Part shown: in pieces, positions 7,886 to 12,113 of the stretch | Layout: each line of letters starts with the position of its first letter | Numbering within the stretch: position 1 is the stretch's first letter | From: Oligoflexales bacterium | GTDB lineage: Bacteria > Bdellovibrionota_B > Oligoflexia > Oligoflexales > RGVZ01 | Assembly: GCA_044236265.1 (NCBI GenBank) | Contig: JBIIGV010000083.1 | Location: forward strand, 1 to 12,113 | Reading direction: 5' to 3' | Length of the DNA: 12,113 bases | The notes under the pieces: generated by a model | Database searches by the model: none | Told to the model about the DNA's origin: nothing | What the model saw: the letters and a program-made list of their open reading frames with translations, nothing else | Made by a program: the position numbers and the translations under genes

Positions 7886-8581
7886 CTATTGGACCTCGTA
7901 GACCTGATTGATGGACTGCCCGTTCAAGCTTCGCACGTGGACCAGGTATCGTCCGCTTGATTTTATTGGTAGCTCAAATTTGTATTCAAATTGCTGATCT
8001 TTTTGCTCACAATTGCGTGCCGTTCCAGCCTTCATGATGGGCAAGACTTCGATCGTGTTACCGCTATCAATCAGTTTGACCTCCTGTAACTCGGCGCAGC
8101 GAGATGCGAATCGACCACGGATAGTGGCAACCGCAAACTGTGATGTTACATCAATGTTGAGTGTGTCGACCGGAGCATACACAAAGTCGTCTGGACTCAG
8201 GGTGCTCGAGTGCTTGATGGCAAATGCTTCAGCAGGTCTCGATGTTCCCACCTTAAGGCTCCAGTCGCCAGCTTCAAGCTTGCCAATTGTCACAACCTGG
8301 GTCCAAGGAACAAGGACTTCCAGGCACAGCCAATTGTAATAGGCTGCTTTGGGCTGGACTAAAATTTCATGATTTGCATGGTCTGTTTTGATTTCTGGTG
8401 TCTCTAATCGATAGCAGTCATTTGGAAGACGACCTTCGATGACAATGAGCGTCTGATCGTTATCGTCAAAGCCTCTGGGAATAAACGTTCGCTCGGATGA
8501 CGTTGAAATAAGAGAGCCGTCTGCAGCCATCGCATGACCTAGGTTGCAGAAAAGCACCAGTGAATAGAAAATCTTTTTCAT
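7886..8581 (-). CDS. Hypothetical secreted protein with two tandem Cys-pair beta-rich domains
   Basis: ATG at 8581 after GGAGGA gives a signal peptide (MKKIFYSLVLFCNLGHAMA/AD). Internal similarity: IEGRLPNDC...ILVQP...C...GDWSLKV versus IRGRFASRC...IEVLP...C...GRYLVHV. Confidence 0.85.
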   Translation of the reverse strand: MKKIFYSLVLFCNLGHAMAADGSLISTSSERTFIPRGFDDNDQTLIVIEGRLPNDCYRLETPEIKTDHANHEILVQPKAAYYNWLCLEVLVPWTQVVTIGKLEAGDWSLKVGTSRPAEAFAIKHSSTLSPDDFVYAPVDTLNIDVTSQFAVATIRGRFASRCAELQEVKLIDSGNTIEVLPIMKAGTARNCEQKDQQFEYKFELPIKSSGRYLVHVRSLNGQSINQVYEVQ

Positions 8582-8672
8582 AAATCCTCCCTGAATTATT
8601 GCTTGAGGCCCTAACAGGCGCCAATTAGGCTCCAACTTTTGGTGCCGTATTGTTGGTTACGATTCGTGAGGA

Positions 8673-8689
8673 TGCAGGAACCCTGCCAA
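8673..8689 (-). promoter_or_regulatory. Candidate sigma54 (-24/-12) promoter for the 7886..8581 gene
   Basis: Minus strand reads TTGGCAGGGTTCCTGCA: exact GG-N10-GC spacing, two mismatches to TGGCACGNNNNTTGCW, about 90 nt upstream of the ATG. Confidence 0.5.
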
Positions 8690-8834
8690 CACCACGAAGT
8701 CCTTGTGAGCGGTAGATTTTGAGGAAAAATTCTGTCTGTTAGACCGTTAAAAAGTATCTAATTGCGCATCAATTGCGGCAAATTACACAGCTCACTGCCT
8801 AAAAATATAACTAACCATAACCAATTATGGGCCC

Positions 8835-8864
8835 TTGATCGAAATCAGGTGACAAACGTACAAT
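8835..8864 (+). promoter_or_regulatory. Candidate sigma70 promoter for the acidic protein gene
   Basis: TTGATC (8835-8840), 18-nt spacer, TACAAT (8859-8864), in an AT-rich intergenic region. Confidence 0.45.
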
Positions 8865-8941
8865 TTCATTAGAAATATTTTTCATGTGACAGGTCTTAAT
8901 TTATCTCGAATAAGCGCTGGAATTTGGATGAAGGGGTTCTT

Positions 8942-9283
8942 GTGAGCTGGAAAGTCTACAACATTCACACTGGTAAAACGATCAAAGCGGGTTTTGAGGA
9001 AGAAGAAATCGCCAAGGAATGGCTGGAAAACCGCCGTGATCTGGACATTGAAGACTACATTGTTGAAGAGATGGATGAAGAGGAAGAAGAGGCTCTCGAC
9101 GACGAAGATGAAGAGGAGGATGAGCCTCGCACCTGGTCCCGAGCTGATGCTGATGAAGATGAGAGCGATGAAGAGGAGTTTAACCGGGAGACATCATCGG
9201 ATGACGATGATGACTATGGTGACGAAGAATACGAGGATGATGAGGACGAGGACGAAGAAGAAGAAGAGGAAGACGATTACTGA
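8942..9283 (+). CDS. Small, highly acidic hypothetical protein (113 aa)
   Basis: In-frame GTG at 8942 after AAGGGG. About 40-aa folded-looking N-terminus (MSWKVYNIHTGKTIKAGFEEEEIAKEWLENRRDLDIEDYIVEE), then a D/E tail. Mixed GAA/GAG/GAT/GAC codons in one frame argue for protein-level selection. A terminator follows. Confidence 0.85.
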   Translation: MSWKVYNIHTGKTIKAGFEEEEIAKEWLENRRDLDIEDYIVEEMDEEEEEALDDEDEEEDEPRTWSRADADEDESDEEEFNRETSSDDDDDYGDEEYEDDEDEDEEEEEEDDY

Positions 9284-9306
9284 ATTCCAAAAATTTTGCT
9301 ATGCTG

Positions 9307-9335
9307 GGGCCCTGCTATTGCAGGGCTTTTTTCTT
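9307..9335 (+). terminator. Rho-independent terminator after the acidic protein gene
   Basis: GCCCTGC-TATT-GCAGGGC followed by TTTTTTCTT. Confidence 0.85.
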
Positions 9336-9377
9336 GGTGTTGCGCTGAGTTGAGCGTAAAAGTTGCAGGTGGGATTT

Positions 9378-11144
9378 ATGGTTCAAAATAGCATCGAGGC
9401 TCTTCCTCCATACCTAAAACGCTATTGCACCGTCCAGGATTATGACAAATATACGAGTCGCGATCATGCTGCTTGGCGCTTCATCATGCGTCAGTCGCGA
9501 GAATTTTTCCGTGATAATGCTATTGGTATTTATCTTGAGGGGCTGCGCAAGACAGGCATTCCTCTGGATAGGATTCCTAAAGTCAGCGAGATGGATCGCG
9601 CTCTCCAGGAGTTTGGTTGGGGTGCGATCCCGGTTTGTGGATTCATTCCGCCGATCGCATTTCTTGATTTGCAGGCGCGTGGAATTTTACCCATTGCAAC
9701 GGACATGCGAACTATCGAGCACATTGCATATACTCCGGCGCCGGATATCGTGCATGAAGCTGCTGGTCATGCTCCCATAATTGCGGACAAAACCTATCGT
9801 GAGTATCTTCGCAAATACGCGAAGGTTGCCGAGAAGACGATTATGAGTAGCGAAGATTTGGCTCTTTATGAGGCCATCCGTGTTCTGTCTGACATCAAAG
9901 AAAATCCCGATACTAAGCCTGGTCAAATTGCTGAGGCGCAAAAAGCTTTAGATTTCGCCATAAAAAATGTCAGCTACGTCTCAGAGGCTGCCAAGGTTTC
10001 GCGGATGGCTTGGTGGACGGTCGAGTACGGGCTGGTTGGTGATATTAAATCACCCAAGATTTATGGAGCAGGACTTCTATCAAGCGTTGGAGAAAGTCAG
10101 GCTTGTTTGAATCCTAAAGTTCGTAAAGTCCCCCTAACAGTGAAGTGTGTTGATACAGCGTTTGATATCACTGAACCGCAGCCACAACTGTTTGTTGCGG
10201 AAAGCTTGGATCAACTCACAGATGTTTTGGAGGAGCTGGAGAATCGGCTCTCATTCAAGATCGGTGGCGTCTACGGTCTTGAACAGGCAAGGTTGGCAAA
10301 AACGGTGAATACGTTGCAACTGGACACTGGCGCCCAAGTCAGTGGCAAGCTTGTGTCATATGAAGCGGCCGTTTACGGAGATCGGGGCGAGCCCCAGTTC
10401 ATCAAGTTTGAAGGACCCGTCCAAATTTGTGTCGGTGGTCGGGAACTTCCAGGTCAGGGGCGGTCACGACATGGCCATGGGTTTTCATCTCCGCTTGGTC
10501 GTTGGACCGCAATTAAAAACAAATCGCCTTCAGGACTCTCAGACAGTGAGCTGTCCAACATTGGCATCTTAAAGGGTAAAAAAGCTGTACTTGAGTTTGT
10601 CAATGGTTTTAGGGTTGAAGGTGTGGTCCAAAACATCGTTCGGGAGAATCACAAGATCCTTTATATCACCTGGATTGATTGCTCGGTAAGAAGAGGTGAT
10701 AAACTATATTACGAGCCGGCTTGGGGTGAGTTTGACATGCTGGTGGGTGAGGCGGTAACCAGTGTTTTTGGTGGTCCAGCAGACCGCGGCGCCTATGGTG
10801 ACTATCACATGGGCGGTGTGTCGACCCAGCCCGGTCGCCAGAGCCCGTTTACTGATGAGGAGATGCGGACTTTTGAATGTTATGCAAAAATTCGCGAGCA
10901 TCGTCAGAGATTACAGGTTTCAGGGGCGGTTCCGATAGACTCATTGGTAGAAGAAGTTTTGTCAAGATCAGGTAAAGAGTGGCTCATTGCTCTGGAGTTG
11001 TTAGAGCTCTCAAAAAAGGGTAGTTTGTCGACCCGTTTGGAGTCCAAAGTGATGGAGATGCTGACTGGCTATCAACAGTCGGTGGATCCGGATCTGGGTC
11101 GCTTGATCGGAAAAGGTGTGAATATCGCTGCGGTCGCTGATTAA
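9378..11144 (+). CDS. phhA: Long-form pterin-dependent aromatic amino acid hydroxylase (phenylalanine 4-monooxygenase-like)
   Basis: Iron-binding signature YTPAPDIVHEAAGH, plus WWTVEYGL, IYGAGLLSSVGES and FDITEPQPQLFV. About 290-aa C-terminal extension. ATG at 9378 preferred over TTG at 9363. Substrate (Phe vs Trp/Tyr) is not provable from sequence. Confidence 0.9.
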   Translation: MVQNSIEALPPYLKRYCTVQDYDKYTSRDHAAWRFIMRQSREFFRDNAIGIYLEGLRKTGIPLDRIPKVSEMDRALQEFGWGAIPVCGFIPPIAFLDLQARGILPIATDMRTIEHIAYTPAPDIVHEAAGHAPIIADKTYREYLRKYAKVAEKTIMSSEDLALYEAIRVLSDIKENPDTKPGQIAEAQKALDFAIKNVSYVSEAAKVSRMAWWTVEYGLVGDIKSPKIYGAGLLSSVGESQACLNPKVRKVPLTVKCVDTAFDITEPQPQLFVAESLDQLTDVLEELENRLSFKIGGVYGLEQARLAKTVNTLQLDTGAQVSGKLVSYEAAVYGDRGEPQFIKFEGPVQICVGGRELPGQGRSRHGHGFSSPLGRWTAIKNKSPSGLSDSELSNIGILKGKKAVLEFVNGFRVEGVVQNIVRENHKILYITWIDCSVRRGDKLYYEPAWGEFDMLVGEAVTSVFGGPADRGAYGDYHMGGVSTQPGRQSPFTDEEMRTFECYAKIREHRQRLQVSGAVPIDSLVEEVLSRSGKEWLIALELLELSKKGSLSTRLESKVMEMLTGYQQSVDPDLGRLIGKGVNIAAVAD

Positions 11145-11186
11145 GGGTGATCAGACTGTAGTCCTTTGACTGGGGGATAATTATTT

Positions 11187-12113
11187 ATGTCGTCCATGCA
11201 GAAACTTAACGAAATGCGGGCATTTGCGGGATCGCGTCAAACGACAGGTCTTTCAGACGATATATTAGGACAACTCATTCCAAAGTTTCCGCAGCTGGTG
11301 GCCGCGATTGATCAGGCTTATGGATTTTGGTCTTGTTTCAAATTGGAATATCCAGATTGGTTCAAGTCATCAGAGAAGGAGTTAATCCACAAACTGCAAG
11401 ATGGTTATGTGAATTTCTACAAAGATGAAGCCATCAATCCCTACGTTGCATTGGCAGCCCAAGGACCTTGGATTATTACCTCTCATGGCGCTGTGATTCA
11501 CGACAATGGTGGGTACGGTATGCTTGGTCTCGGCCAAGGTCCAGCTAAGGTCATCAGAGCCATGAGTGGTGACTATGTCATGGCAAACATCATGACGGCC
11601 AGCTTCACGCATCGTCGTTTCCTTGATCATATGTTCAAGGAGATTGGACGTAATCGTCCTGAGGGTAAAAAGAAGCCATTCGCCAAATTCCTGTGTTTGA
11701 ATTCGGGATCAGAGTCGATGACGGTTGCATGTCGGATATCAGACATCCAGGCAAAACTTATGACTGATTCTGGTGGAAAGCATGCTGGCAAAAAAATTCG
11801 ATTTCTGTCGCAGGAAGGAAGTTTCCACGGACGAACAGAGCGTCCTGCGCGTGTGTCTCACTCATCAAAGAAGTCATATCAGCATCTAGCCTCTTTTAGA
11901 GGTGATACAGAGCTCGACATTATTCCGGCGGGAAATATCGAAAAACTGAGGGAAGCATTTACAAAAGCCGATAAAGAGGGTGTTTTCTATGAGGCTTTTT
12001 TTATTGAACCAGTGATGGGCGAGGGCAATCCTGGTATGGCGCTCAGTCGTGCGTTTTATGATGAGGCGCGCAAGCTGACAAAAGAGCGAGGCTCCATGCT
12101 TATCCTGGACTCC
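11187..12113 (+). CDS. lat: Class-III PLP-dependent aminotransferase, L-lysine 6-aminotransferase-like; 3' end truncated by the window edge
   Basis: Manual translation from ATG 11187 is open to the edge: MSSMQKLNEMRAFAGSRQTTGLSD...GYVNFY...PYVALAAQGPW...DNGGYGMLGLG...VMANIMT...CLNSGSES...GSFHGRT...IEPVMGEGNPG...LILDS. Class-III motifs are clear. From memory it closely follows the Flavobacterium lutescens Lat type. Confidence 0.85.
   Translation, partial: MSSMQKLNEMRAFAGSRQTTGLSDDILGQLIPKFPQLVAAIDQAYGFWSCFKLEYPDWFKSSEKELIHKLQDGYVNFYKDEAINPYVALAAQGPWIITSHGAVIHDNGGYGMLGLGQGPAKVIRAMSGDYVMANIMTASFTHRRFLDHMFKEIGRNRPEGKKKPFAKFLCLNSGSESMTVACRISDIQAKLMTDSGGKHAGKKIRFLSQEGSFHGRTERPARVSHSSKKSYQHLASFRGDTELDIIPAGNIEKLREAFTKADKEGVFYEAFFIEPVMGEGNPGMALSRAFYDEARKLTKERGSMLILDS

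Noticed and set aside
7701..8339. Plus-strand ORFs 7701..7901 and 8013..8339
   Set aside because: They overlap minus-strand genes that have strong RBSs and protein-like features; no independent support.
9060..9280. GAN-rich low-complexity DNA resembling a microsatellite or repeat array
   Set aside because: There is no fixed repeat unit or spacer structure; it is fully explained by Asp/Glu codons.
8994..9353. Basic R/K/M/T-rich 119-aa ORF overlapping the acidic gene, tempting as a charge-complementary partner or toxin-antitoxin pair
   Set aside because: It is the automatic +1-frame reading of GAA/GAG/GAT/GAC codons, has no clear RBS, and runs through the terminator at 9307-9335.
9442..11630. 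Small ORFs within phhA and antisense to lat
   Set aside because: They are shadows of conserved enzyme genes.
1..12113. Mobile element, prophage, CRISPR, defence system, tRNA/rRNA, or a frameshifted or intein-containing gene
   Set aside because: No transposase, integrase, nuclease or RT motifs, no repeat-spacer array and no cloverleaf were seen. polA, gltA, phhA and lat read in continuous frames at expected lengths.

Overview
Bacterial chromosomal window (roughly 45-50% GC by eye) of mostly housekeeping and amino-acid catabolism genes. In order: polA (minus, runs off the left edge, not in the ORF track); a Rid-family deaminase directly upstream of polA; a Cys-rich secreted hypothetical; an OPT-family transporter; citrate synthase gltA; two minus-strand hypotheticals (one secreted with an internal domain duplication); an extremely acidic small protein; a long-form aromatic amino acid hydroxylase (PhhA-like); and a class-III PLP aminotransferase resembling Flavobacterium lutescens-type L-lysine 6-aminotransferase (runs off the right edge, not in the ORF track). 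The gene set suggests a Bdellovibrionota/Oligoflexia-like peptide-scavenging organism, which is inference only. I see no mobile element, CRISPR array, tRNA/rRNA or defence system, and cannot support a complete new multi-gene system. The best leads are a ~53% Asp/Glu protein with its own promoter and terminator, a branched RNA-like fold between the OPT gene and gltA, tandem Sm/Hfq-like motifs in the PhhA C-terminal extension, an AmnD-like Rid coupled to polA, and a candidate sigma54 promoter with phased upstream repeats.
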